Positions 17,862-25,823 of a stretch of DNA of 64,000 nucleotides are shown here, one piece after another. Origin of the DNA: Oscillospiraceae bacterium (lineage in GTDB: Bacteria > Bacillota > Clostridia > Oscillospirales > Oscillospiraceae); contig JAAWQS010000005.1 in NCBI GenBank assembly GCA_022800665.1, positions 109 to 64,108 on the forward strand. Reading direction: 5' to 3'. The notes beneath the pieces are model-generated. The model saw only the letters and a list, made by a program, of their open reading frames with translations. It was not told the origin of the DNA and searched no databases. Made by a program: the position numbers and the translations under genes. Every line of letters starts with the position of its first letter. Within the stretch, counting starts at the first letter, position 1.

Positions 17862-18956
17862 GTGCATATGCAGCAAAACAGCTTTCATCAATTCGCCGCG
17901 CCTTCCGGGCAGGCGGCCCGCGCCGCCGGCGGAGACGCCGTAATCCCTCTGCCCGACCTTGGCGAGGGCGGTCCCGTCTATCCCGGCAATGACTCCGGCG
18001 GAGACGCGGTGATTCCCCTGCCCAACCCCGGCGAGGGCGGTCCCGTCTATCCCGGCAATGACTCCGGCGGAGACGCGGTGATTCCCCTGCCCAATCCCGG
18101 CGAAGGCGGTCCCGTCTATCCCGGCAATGACTCCAGCGGCGTGCCGGTGATTCCTCTGCCCAATCCCGGCGAGGGCGGTCCCGTCTATCCCGGCAACGGC
18201 GGGAATAATCGTCCAGGCAATAATAACAATAACAATAATAACAGCGGCTGGCTCTGTCCCAGCGGGAACTGTGTGTCCATCCTGCCGGGGATTATTTCCG
18301 GCATTGTGCGGCCTGGCCGGGCGCGGGTACGGTTCCTCAACGCGGCTTACGGCTACCGGCCCTTCCGGATTTTCGTCAACAACAGCCGCTTTGTGAACAT
18401 GCTCAACTACGCCTCCGCCACCAATTACGGTCAGGTCAACGCCGGTTATCAGACTGTGACCGTGTCCGGCACGGACGGCTATATCTACATCCAAAAATCC
18501 ATGCCCTTCCAGGCCAACGGCACCACCACCATTGCCATCATCAACACCGCCAGCGGTCTGGACCTGCTTCAGATTCAGGACAGCTGCTGCCCGCCCACCA
18601 ACGGCTACTCCAATTTCCGGGTGGGCAATCTGGCCCGCAACACCAGCCCGCTGGATGTGATTATGAGCGATGGCCGCGTGGTGTATACCGACCTGCAGTT
18701 CAAGGAGGTCGCCGCTTTCAAGCGCATCATGCCCGGCGTCTACCAGTTCTTCTACGCGAACACGAACCTGATGCCCATGCCCGCGTCCTCGGATATCGAG
18801 ACCATGGATTCCGCCTGGCTGGGCGTCTATCCGCCCCAGGAGACCTTTGGCTCTCTGTATCTGGATATTGCCAGCAACGCCATTTACTCTGTCTACCTGC
18901 TCCAGAGCGGGTCCGGACGGAACAACATTCAGAATCTGATCCTTATGGACCGGTAA
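17862..18956 (+). CDS. DUF4397-like protein with an N-terminal Pro/Gly-rich tandem-repeat region and a poly-Asn tract
   Basis: Four 23-aa repeats (GGDAVIPLPNPGEGGPVYPGNDS) and an N8 run. The C-terminal ~230 aa resemble DUF4397 (VRFLNAAYGY...VTVSG). The start may be GTG at 17862 or ATG at 17868. Confidence 0.7.
   Translation: MHMQQNSFHQFAAPSGQAARAAGGDAVIPLPDLGEGGPVYPGNDSGGDAVIPLPNPGEGGPVYPGNDSGGDAVIPLPNPGEGGPVYPGNDSSGVPVIPLPNPGEGGPVYPGNGGNNRPGNNNNNNNNSGWLCPSGNCVSILPGIISGIVRPGRARVRFLNAAYGYRPFRIFVNNSRFVNMLNYASATNYGQVNAGYQTVTVSGTDGYIYIQKSMPFQANGTTTIAIINTASGLDLLQIQDSCCPPTNGYSNFRVGNLARNTSPLDVIMSDGRVVYTDLQFKEVAAFKRIMPGVYQFFYANTNLMPMPASSDIETMDSAWLGVYPPQETFGSLYLDIASNAIYSVYLLQSGSGRNNIQNLILMDR
17928..18203 (+). 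repeat. 4 x 69-bp in-frame tandem repeat inside the DUF4397-like CDS
   Basis: Units start at 17928, 17997, 18066 and 18135. Units 2 and 3 are nearly identical. Confidence 0.9.
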
Positions 18957-18964
18957 CAAAGACA

Positions 18965-19000
18965 GCCGGGGGCGGTTTCAACCGCCCCCGGCATATTTTA
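18965..19000. terminator. hairpin terminator between convergent genes
   Basis: GCCGGGGGCGG-TTTCAA-CCGCCCCCGGC followed by ATATTTTA. Confidence 0.65.
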
Positions 19001-19020
19001 TGCTTACATAGCACGCACAA

Positions 19021-19941
19021 TTATGTGTTCTCTGTCCACTGCTCCATCGTAGCGTTGGACCAGACCACCCGGTTGCGGCCAAAGCGTTTGGCGTCATAGA
19101 GCATTGTATCCGCAATCTTCAGGTAGGTGTCATAGGAGTCTCCGCCGCGGGGGCAGTAGGTCATCCCGCCGATGCTGACCGTCACCCATTCCCGGACAGC
19201 GGGATTATGGGGAATATGCAGGTCCTCCACCGCCCGCCGCACCTGGGTCATATACTCGAACATAGGCCGGGCATCGTCCCCGGTACACAGCGCAATGAAC
19301 TCCTCCCCGCCATAGCGGGCGAAGAAATCCGTTGCCCGATGCAGCCGGGAGGATATGGCCTGGGCCACTGTAGCCAGGACCTGATCCCCGGCAGGGTGGC
19401 CGAAGGTATCATTATAGGTCTTGAAGTTGTCGATATCAAACATACAGATGGTAAAGGGCAGGCCGAAGCGGATCGCGGACCGCCATTTCACCACGGACTC
19501 CTCCTCATAGCGCCGCCGGTTGGACACGCCTGTCAGCACGTCCAGGGACGCCTCCTCCTTAAACTTCATCTGGTAGTGGTATAACTGAATATGGCTCTTC
19601 ACCCTGGCGTGTACGATCACCGGGCTGAAGGGTTTGGTGATATAGTCCACCGCGCCGGACAGCAGTCCCTTCTCCTCGTGCTGGATATCCGAGAGACTGG
19701 TAATCAGAATCACAGGGATATACTTCGTGATTTCCGTGGCCTTCAGCTCCTGGAGGATCATAAAGCCATCCATGTCCGGCATAATGATATCCAGAAGCAC
19801 CAGGGAGAACTTCCCGTTCCGGGCCGTCTGCAGGCCATCCCTGCCGGTCTGGCAGACTACGATTTCAAATTCGTCGCACAGGATGGAGCGCAGATATTCG
19901 CACTGCACAATACTGTCGTCGATCACCAATATTTTGTCCAT
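19021..19941 (-). CDS. response regulator with receiver and GGDEF (diguanylate cyclase) domains
   Basis: REC motifs (ILVIDDS..., LLDIIMPDMDG) and GGDEF-domain RYGGEEF active site. Confidence 0.9.
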   Translation of the reverse strand: MDKILVIDDSIVQCEYLRSILCDEFEIVVCQTGRDGLQTARNGKFSLVLLDIIMPDMDGFMILQELKATEITKYIPVILITSLSDIQHEEKGLLSGAVDYITKPFSPVIVHARVKSHIQLYHYQMKFKEEASLDVLTGVSNRRRYEEESVVKWRSAIRFGLPFTICMFDIDNFKTYNDTFGHPAGDQVLATVAQAISSRLHRATDFFARYGGEEFIALCTGDDARPMFEYMTQVRRAVEDLHIPHNPAVREWVTVSIGGMTYCPRGGDSYDTYLKIADTMLYDAKRFGRNRVVWSNATMEQWTENT

Positions 19942-20247
19942 AACCGCTCCTTGCCTCCTCTCTTACACGCCACATTCTATTTTATGCGCGGAACACACAC
20001 TGCGCACCGGGGATGCGGCTGTAAAATGCTGGCAGCCCCAACCGGCTCCACCAGGGGAGAGATGTAATTGGCTTTTATTGTACCACAGATGGAATAGAGA
20101 ATCAATCAGTTCCGATAAAATTTTCCAGCGTTCGTCCGGAAAATTCGGAACCTTGGAGAGGGTACAAATCTTAATTGTGAGGAAAAGCGCAGAAAATGTT
20201 CCAGTTTTTTACATATTTCCCATTTCAAGATCCGCTCCGGTCAACGA

Positions 20248-20276
20248 TTGACAAAGCGGGACAGGCAGGGTATACT
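20248..20276 (+). promoter_or_regulatory. consensus sigma-70 promoter TTGACA-17 nt-TATACT, about 320 nt upstream of the RACo-like CDS
   Basis: Hexamers at 20248-20253 and 20271-20276. Confidence 0.5.
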
Positions 20277-20595
20277 TGAGCTGATTGGAGCCGGAAGCCG
20301 CGGTCATGTTCCGTCCGCTCTACAGGGAACAGGCCAGGGCGGTTCTGATCCATTCCAGTAAATAGATGCGGGTATTCTCTTGGACCGCCGCCCTGTTTTC
20401 AGCCTGCGATAAATCTGTCTGCAAGATTTTTTCCAGCACATATGGATAATTGGCCATATCGAAAATCTCTGTAATAACCGCAAAGGAGAGCTGGACGCTT
20501 GCGAAGGAGCGTTCTCTCTTTGGTCTGTTAAAATTAAAGAATCGTTTGATTCTTTTAGGATATATGGATTGAACAGTAAGAAGAAAGGAGAAATT

Positions 20596-22524
20596 ATGTT
20601 TAATATTACGTTTATTTTTGAGGAGGGCGAACCGGTAACAATCTCCGCCCTGGCCGGAGAAAAGCTGCTGGACGTGGCCCGGAAAGCCAATGTGGCCATC
20701 GACGCCCCCTGCTCTGGAAACGGCGTGTGCGGCAAATGCCGCGTGCGGCTGGTATCCGGCTACCTGGACGCGCCGATCAACCGCCATATCTCCACAGAGG
20801 AGTATAATGCGGGCTGGCGGCTGGCCTGTCTGGCGCAAATCTGCGGCGACGCTGAGATTGCGGTCCCCGATATTGCCAACGCCTACCGCAGCCGTATGAA
20901 GATTGCCGACATCAGCTCCCCGGAGGAGGCCGCGATTTTCGACCGCCTGCGGGACCAGCTGATGGAGGCCGGTTTCTCCATGGAGAGCGACCTGAGCTTC
21001 CTGCCCCTGGACCTCACCGAGCCCACCCTGGAGGACACCATGCCGGACAACGAGCGGGTGCTGCGGGCGGTGGAGGCGGCTACCGGCGTACCGGCGGAGG
21101 CCGTCATGATCCCGTACACCGTGCTCAAGCACCTGAGCTGGGTACTGCGGGAGAGTGAGTTCCGGGTCAAGTGCGTCCTCTCCCGCGACCAGGACCGCAT
21201 CCTTATCCGGGACGTGCTCCCGGCGGACAACACCGACCCCATCATGGGCTTTGCCCTGGACCTGGGCACCACCTCCCTGGCCGGTGTGATCGTGGACCTG
21301 CAGACCGGTAAAATCCTGGCGAAAGCCAGCTGCGGCAACGGGCAGATCCGCTACGGCGCGGATGTTATCAACCGCATCATTGAGTCCGACAAGCTGGGCG
21401 GGCGCAAGCGGCTCCAGGACGCGGTGGTCAAGGACTCCATCATCCCCATGCTGGCCCAGATGTACCGGAGTTCCGGCATCAACCCCCGGCGGATTTACCG
21501 CATGGTGCTGGCCGGAAACACCACTATGAACCATCTGCTGCTGGGCCTCCATTCCGACCCCATCCGCATGGAGCCTTTTGTCCCCAGCTTCTTCCGCACG
21601 GATTATCTCTATGTGCGGGACATCGACCTGAAGATGAACCGTCTGGCCGAGCTGATTGTGGCCCCCAATATCGGCAGCTATGTGGGCGGCGACATTACGG
21701 CGGGCGCGCTGGTGTCCATGATCTGGAACAGCCCGGAGATGAGCCTCTTTATCGACTTGGGTACCAACGGCGAGCTGGTCTTCGGCAACAGCGAGTTTTT
21801 GATGAGCTGCGCCTGTTCCGCCGGTCCCGCCTTTGAGGGCGGCGACATCAGCTGCGGTATGCGGGCCACCGACGGCGCGGTGGAAGCCTGCACCATCGAC
21901 AAGGAGACCATGGAGCCCACCATGACCGTGGTAGGCGGCGCGGCCCCGGCGGGCATCTGCGGCAGCGGTATTATTGATATCATCGCGGAACTGTTCCGCT
22001 GCGGTATCATCAACGGCAAGGGCAAGTTTGTCCGGGAGGGCGGGCGGATTCTCCACGACCAGCACGGCATGGGTTCCTATGTCCTGGCCTGGCAGAAGGA
22101 CACCGGCGGAGTGAAGGATATTGTCATCAACGAGGTGGACATCGACAACTTCATCCGGGCAAAGGGCGCCATCTTCTCCGCCACCCAGACCATGCTGGCC
22201 TCCCTGGGCTTCGATGCCTCCGTCATTGAGCGGGTCTATGTAGCCGGCGGCATCGGCAGCGGCATCAATATGAAAAACGCCGTCACCATCGGCATGTTCC
22301 CCGACATCCCCCTGGACCACTTCCACTATATCGGCAACTCCTCCCTGACGGGCGCCTATGCCATGCTGCTGTCCAGCCAGGCCAGGGAGAAGGTCTTCGA
22401 GCTGGGCCGGTCCATGACCTACCTGGAGCTGAGCAACGAGCCGGGCTATATGGACGCCTTTGTGGCCGCCAGCTTCCTGCCCCACACAGACGCCAGCCTG
22501 TTCCCCAGCGTACAGCTGGACTAA
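20596..22524 (+). CDS. 2Fe-2S ferredoxin-domain / ASKHA (DUF4445) protein, RACo-like (reductive activator of corrinoid proteins family)
   Basis: N-terminal plant-type ferredoxin motif CSGNGVCGKCRV, then a long ASKHA-like body (LDLGTTS..., DLGTNGE...). I prefer the ATG at 20596 with AAGGAGA SD. Confidence 0.8.
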   Translation: MFNITFIFEEGEPVTISALAGEKLLDVARKANVAIDAPCSGNGVCGKCRVRLVSGYLDAPINRHISTEEYNAGWRLACLAQICGDAEIAVPDIANAYRSRMKIADISSPEEAAIFDRLRDQLMEAGFSMESDLSFLPLDLTEPTLEDTMPDNERVLRAVEAATGVPAEAVMIPYTVLKHLSWVLRESEFRVKCVLSRDQDRILIRDVLPADNTDPIMGFALDLGTTSLAGVIVDLQTGKILAKASCGNGQIRYGADVINRIIESDKLGGRKRLQDAVVKDSIIPMLAQMYRSSGINPRRIYRMVLAGNTTMNHLLLGLHSDPIRMEPFVPSFFRTDYLYVRDIDLKMNRLAELIVAPNIGSYVGGDITAGALVSMIWNSPEMSLFIDLGTNGELVFGNSEFLMSCACSAGPAFEGGDISCGMRATDGAVEACTIDKETMEPTMTVVGGAAPAGICGSGIIDIIAELFRCGIINGKGKFVREGGRILHDQHGMGSYVLAWQKDTGGVKDIVINEVDIDNFIRAKGAIFSATQTMLASLGFDASVIERVYVAGGIGSGINMKNAVTIGMFPDIPLDHFHYIGNSSLTGAYAMLLSSQAREKVFELGRSMTYLELSNEPGYMDAFVAASFLPHTDASLFPSVQLD

Positions 22525-22530
22525 GCCGCA

Positions 22531-22752
22531 ATGACGGAGACACTGACCATAACGTATATGAAGTGCAGCTTCTGCACCGCCAAAAACCACTGCTCTGCCT
22601 GCGGCGTGGAGCTTTCGGCGGCTCTGGAGGAAAAGCCGGGCGTGCTCTCCGCGCAGTTGAACATTCCGGACAATTCCCTGTGCATCGGGCACGCCCTGGA
22701 CCGGGACGCTCTGGAGGATCTGCTGGACGGCATGGGCCTGCTGGTTGATTGA
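22531..22752 (+). CDS. 73-aa protein with a C-x2-C-x5-C-x2-C motif and a predicted HMA/ferredoxin-like beta-alpha-beta-beta-alpha-beta pattern
   Basis: The ORF starts 7 nt after the RACo-like stop and has GC3-rich codon usage. CSFCTAKNHCSAC motif. No family recognised with certainty. Confidence 0.55.
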   Translation: MTETLTITYMKCSFCTAKNHCSACGVELSAALEEKPGVLSAQLNIPDNSLCIGHALDRDALEDLLDGMGLLVD

Positions 22753-22777
22753 CACCGGCTGTAAGAGATGGTATAAT
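22749..22777 (+). promoter_or_regulatory. consensus sigma-70 promoter TTGACA-17 nt-TATAAT (TG-extended)
   Basis: Perfect hexamers at 22749-22754 and 22772-22777, overlapping the stop of the 73-aa ORF. Confidence 0.6.
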
Positions 22778-22827
22778 CCAAACCGATCCCGGCTATTTTT
22801 CTAAATTCTGAATAAGGAGACGATTGG

Positions 22828-24459
22828 ATGAAAGTTCTGGTTTTGGGCGGCGTAGCCGCCGGTACCAAGGTTGCCGCCAAGCTTCTGCGCGAGGACAGAA
22901 GCTGCGAGGTCACGATTCTCACAAAGGGCGCGGATATCTCCTATGCAGGCTGCGGCCTGCCCTACTACGTGGGCGACGTTATCCACGAGCGGGGCGAGTT
23001 GATCGTCAACACTCCGGAGAAATTTGCCCGTCTCACCGGCGCGGCGGTACTGACCCGGACAGAGGCCATTGCCGTCAGACCTGGCGAGCACAAGGTGGAG
23101 GCCAAAAATCTCCAGACCGGCGAGGTGCAGGACTATGCATATGACAAGCTGGTTATCGCCACCGGCGCATCCCCCTTCGTCCCCCCGGTCCAGGGTCTGG
23201 ACCTGAAAAACGTGTTTGTTATGCGCACCCCGGACGATGCCATCGCCCTGCGGGAAGCCGTGGAGGCGGGCGGCATCAAGCGGGCCGTAGTGGCCGGAGG
23301 CGGCTTCATCGGCCTGGAGGTGGCGGAGAATCTGGCCGCTCAGGGCGTGCGCACTACGGTAATCGACTTTGCACCCCATGTGCTGCCCAATTTCCTGGAC
23401 CCGGAGCTGTGCGAATATGTGGAAAATAAAATGGCCGATGCGGGCATTATGCCCATAACCGGCGTGGCCCTGGAAGGCGTGGAGGGTACGGAGAAGGTGG
23501 AGAAGGTGCTCACCAGCAAGCGGGGCCTGAAGGCCGACGCCCTGGTGCTGGCCATCGGCATCCGTCCCAACACCGCGTTCCTGGAGGGGTCCGGGATTGA
23601 GATGGTCAAGGGCGCCATCCTTACGGATGAATTTATGCGCACCAACGTGGAGGACGTCTATGCCGCCGGCGACTGCGCCATGGTCCGCAACCGCCAGACC
23701 GGAAAGCCCGCCTGGTCCCCCATGGGTTCCACGGCGAACATTGCCGGACGCGCGCTGGCTCAGGGCCTTGCGGGACATGGGACCGCCTACCCCGGCGTAT
23801 TGGGTACCGGCGTAGCCAAGCTGCCCGGCGGGCTGAACGTGGGCCGCACCGGTCTGACCGAGACTGCCGCCAAAGCGGAGGGTTACGACGTGATTGCCGC
23901 CGTCTGCGTGGTGGACGACAAGGCCCACTACTACCCCGGTTCCGGCAGCTTTATCGTGAAGCTGACCGCGGACAGGGCCACCCGGAAGCTGCTGGGGGTA
24001 CAGACCCTGGGAACCGGCGCGGTGGATAAAATGGCTGACATCGGCGTGGCGGCTATCTCCATGGGCGCGACTGTGGATCAGCTGTCCATGATGGATTTTG
24101 CCTACGCCCCGCCCTTCTCCACCGCCATCCATCCCTTTGCCCATGCAGCCAACATCCTGCTCAACAAGCTGGACGGCAATATGGACAGCATCACCCCCGC
24201 CGAGTATGCAGCCGGCGCGGCGGAGGGCTACGAGGTTATCGACTGCGCCCTGGCCCCGTCCCTGGAGGGGAAAAGGTATCTGGACCTGACTGCCATCGAC
24301 GGCGAGGTCAGCGGACTGGGGAAGGGCGATAAACTGCTGCTGGTCTGCACCAAGGGCAAGCGGGGATATCTGACCCAAAACCGCCTGAAATACTACGGCT
24401 ACACCAACACCAAGGTGTTGGAGGGCGGCGCAACTGTCACCGAAATTTCAGACGGCTGA
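22828..24459 (+). CDS. FAD-dependent pyridine nucleotide-disulfide oxidoreductase of the CoA-disulfide reductase/NADH oxidase type, with a C-terminal rhodanese domain (persulfide-reductase-like)
   Basis: GGVAAG dinucleotide fold, redox Cys in SYAGCGLPYY, second GGGFIGLE fold. C-terminal rhodanese-like LLLVCTKGKRG. Confidence 0.85.
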   Translation: MKVLVLGGVAAGTKVAAKLLREDRSCEVTILTKGADISYAGCGLPYYVGDVIHERGELIVNTPEKFARLTGAAVLTRTEAIAVRPGEHKVEAKNLQTGEVQDYAYDKLVIATGASPFVPPVQGLDLKNVFVMRTPDDAIALREAVEAGGIKRAVVAGGGFIGLEVAENLAAQGVRTTVIDFAPHVLPNFLDPELCEYVENKMADAGIMPITGVALEGVEGTEKVEKVLTSKRGLKADALVLAIGIRPNTAFLEGSGIEMVKGAILTDEFMRTNVEDVYAAGDCAMVRNRQTGKPAWSPMGSTANIAGRALAQGLAGHGTAYPGVLGTGVAKLPGGLNVGRTGLTETAAKAEGYDVIAAVCVVDDKAHYYPGSGSFIVKLTADRATRKLLGVQTLGTGAVDKMADIGVAAISMGATVDQLSMMDFAYAPPFSTAIHPFAHAANILLNKLDGNMDSITPAEYAAGAAEGYEVIDCALAPSLEGKRYLDLTAIDGEVSGLGKGDKLLLVCTKGKRGYLTQNRLKYYGYTNTKVLEGGATVTEISDG

Positions 24460-24505
24460 TGCACAGCGCAAGGAAGTATTCAACGTTTAACAGGAGGAAA
24501 CATGT

Positions 24506-25459
24506 ATGGCGACATTGACTGTCAGCGCAGTTGACGAGAAGCGGGTAAAGGCTTTAGGATTTCTGAGCAATAAAGGTACGGACAATTTCTCCGGCCGCAT
24601 CATCACCGTTAACGGCAAGATTACCGCCGCCCAGCAGCGGTGCATTGCCGAGGCGGCGGAGAAGTTCGGCAATGGCAATATCACCTTTACTACCCGCCTG
24701 ACCATCGAGGTGCAGGGCATCCCCTACGACAAGATTGAGGATTTCCGGGCCTATATTGCCCAGGAGGGTCTGGAGACCGGCGGCACCGGCTCCCTGGTGC
24801 GTCCGGTGGTGGCCTGCAAGGGTACCACCTGCCAGTACGGCCTGCTGGACTCCTTTGGGTTGAGCGAAGAGATTCATGAGCGGTTCTATAAGGGCTACCA
24901 CACCGTGAAGCTGCCCCACAAGTTCAAGATTGCCGTCGGCGGCTGTCCCAACAACTGCGTGAAGCCTGACCTGAACGATCTGGGCATTATCGGCCAGCGG
25001 ATTCCTGGTCTGGATCAGGACGAGTGCAACGGCTGCAAGAAGTGCGGCGTTGTGCAGACCTGCCCCATGGGCGCAGCCAAGCTGGAGGACGGCGTACTGG
25101 AGATTGACAAGAGCATCTGCAACAACTGCGGACGCTGCATCGGTACCTGCCACTTTGACGCCCTGGACGGCGGGACCTACGGATACAAGATTTATATCGG
25201 CGGACGCTGGGGCAAGAAGATTGCCCAGGGCCGCGCCCTGAGCAAGATTTTCACCGATAAGGACGAGGCTCTGGACGTGATCGAAAAGGCGATTCTGCTT
25301 TTCCGCGAGCAGGGTAAGACCGGCGAGCGGTTCGCCAAGACCATTGAGCGTCTGGGCTTTGAGAACGTGGAGGCTCAGCTGCTGGCAAACGATCTGCTGG
25401 AGAGAAAGCAGCAGATTCTGGACGCTGGACTGCATCTGACAGGCGGCGCGACCTGCTGA
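24506..25459 (+). CDS. nitrite/sulfite reductase-family protein with an inserted 4Fe-4S ferredoxin domain (AsrC / small Dsr-like)
   Basis: Siroheme-cluster Cys motifs (VACKGTTCQYG, GGCPNNC) and two ferredoxin CxxCxxC motifs (CNGCKKCG..C; CNNCGRCIGTC). Confidence 0.8.
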   Translation: MATLTVSAVDEKRVKALGFLSNKGTDNFSGRIITVNGKITAAQQRCIAEAAEKFGNGNITFTTRLTIEVQGIPYDKIEDFRAYIAQEGLETGGTGSLVRPVVACKGTTCQYGLLDSFGLSEEIHERFYKGYHTVKLPHKFKIAVGGCPNNCVKPDLNDLGIIGQRIPGLDQDECNGCKKCGVVQTCPMGAAKLEDGVLEIDKSICNNCGRCIGTCHFDALDGGTYGYKIYIGGRWGKKIAQGRALSKIFTDKDEALDVIEKAILLFREQGKTGERFAKTIERLGFENVEAQLLANDLLERKQQILDAGLHLTGGATC

Positions 25460-25472
25460 GTTTGGACAGGCA

Positions 25473-25509
25473 GAGGGGCAAGTGGATTTTTCCCACTTGC
25501 CCCTCTTTT
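25473..25509. terminator. bidirectional hairpin terminator
   Basis: 13-bp stem GAGGGGCAAGTGG/CCACTTGCCCCTC followed by TTTT. Confidence 0.75.
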
Positions 25510-25519
25510 CATTTATCCC

Positions 25520-25792
25520 TCATGTGGGCGCAAGCAGTGCCGACAGCACAAAGAGCGCCAGCATAAGCACAAATCTGGCGGTCCCGCCCAAATACTTTGA
25601 TTCCAGGAATTTCTGCACCCGTTCCACCGGCAGGGCAATCACCACAAACAAGAACATGGTCACACTGGCCCAGGACGGAAAAAACAGTATCCCGCTGGCC
25701 AGCATAAACGCGGCCAATATCCACAGAACGGCTGTATACAGCTTGCCTTTAGCCCGCTCCTGGGGCTCCTTCTCTTCCAGGTTCAGTCTCAT
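25520..25792 (-). CDS. small membrane protein (two or three predicted TM helices)
   Basis: Hydrophobic stretches. AAAGGAG SD 7 nt upstream. Immediately downstream of tex on the same strand. Confidence 0.6.
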   Translation of the reverse strand: MRLNLEEKEPQERAKGKLYTAVLWILAAFMLASGILFFPSWASVTMFLFVVIALPVERVQKFLESKYLGGTARFVLMLALFVLSALLAPT

Positions 25793-25823
25793 CGTACAGC
25801 TCCTTTACATAAAACGTCTGCTG

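Noticed and set aside
17928-18203. The tandem 69-bp repeats as a possible CRISPR or other non-coding array
   Set aside because: The units are contiguous with no spacers. They are in-frame inside a GC3-biased ORF and encode a coherent Pro/Gly-rich peptide repeat. No cas genes are present.
20260-20560. Cobalamin riboswitch upstream of the RACo-like (corrinoid-activator family) gene
   Set aside because: The region has an ACAGGGAAC segment that vaguely recalls the AGGGAA element. I could not find the B12 box (GCCACUG-like) or the conserved GGUGAAAAUCC / CCCGC core on either strand. I left it as an unclassified leader in the findings.
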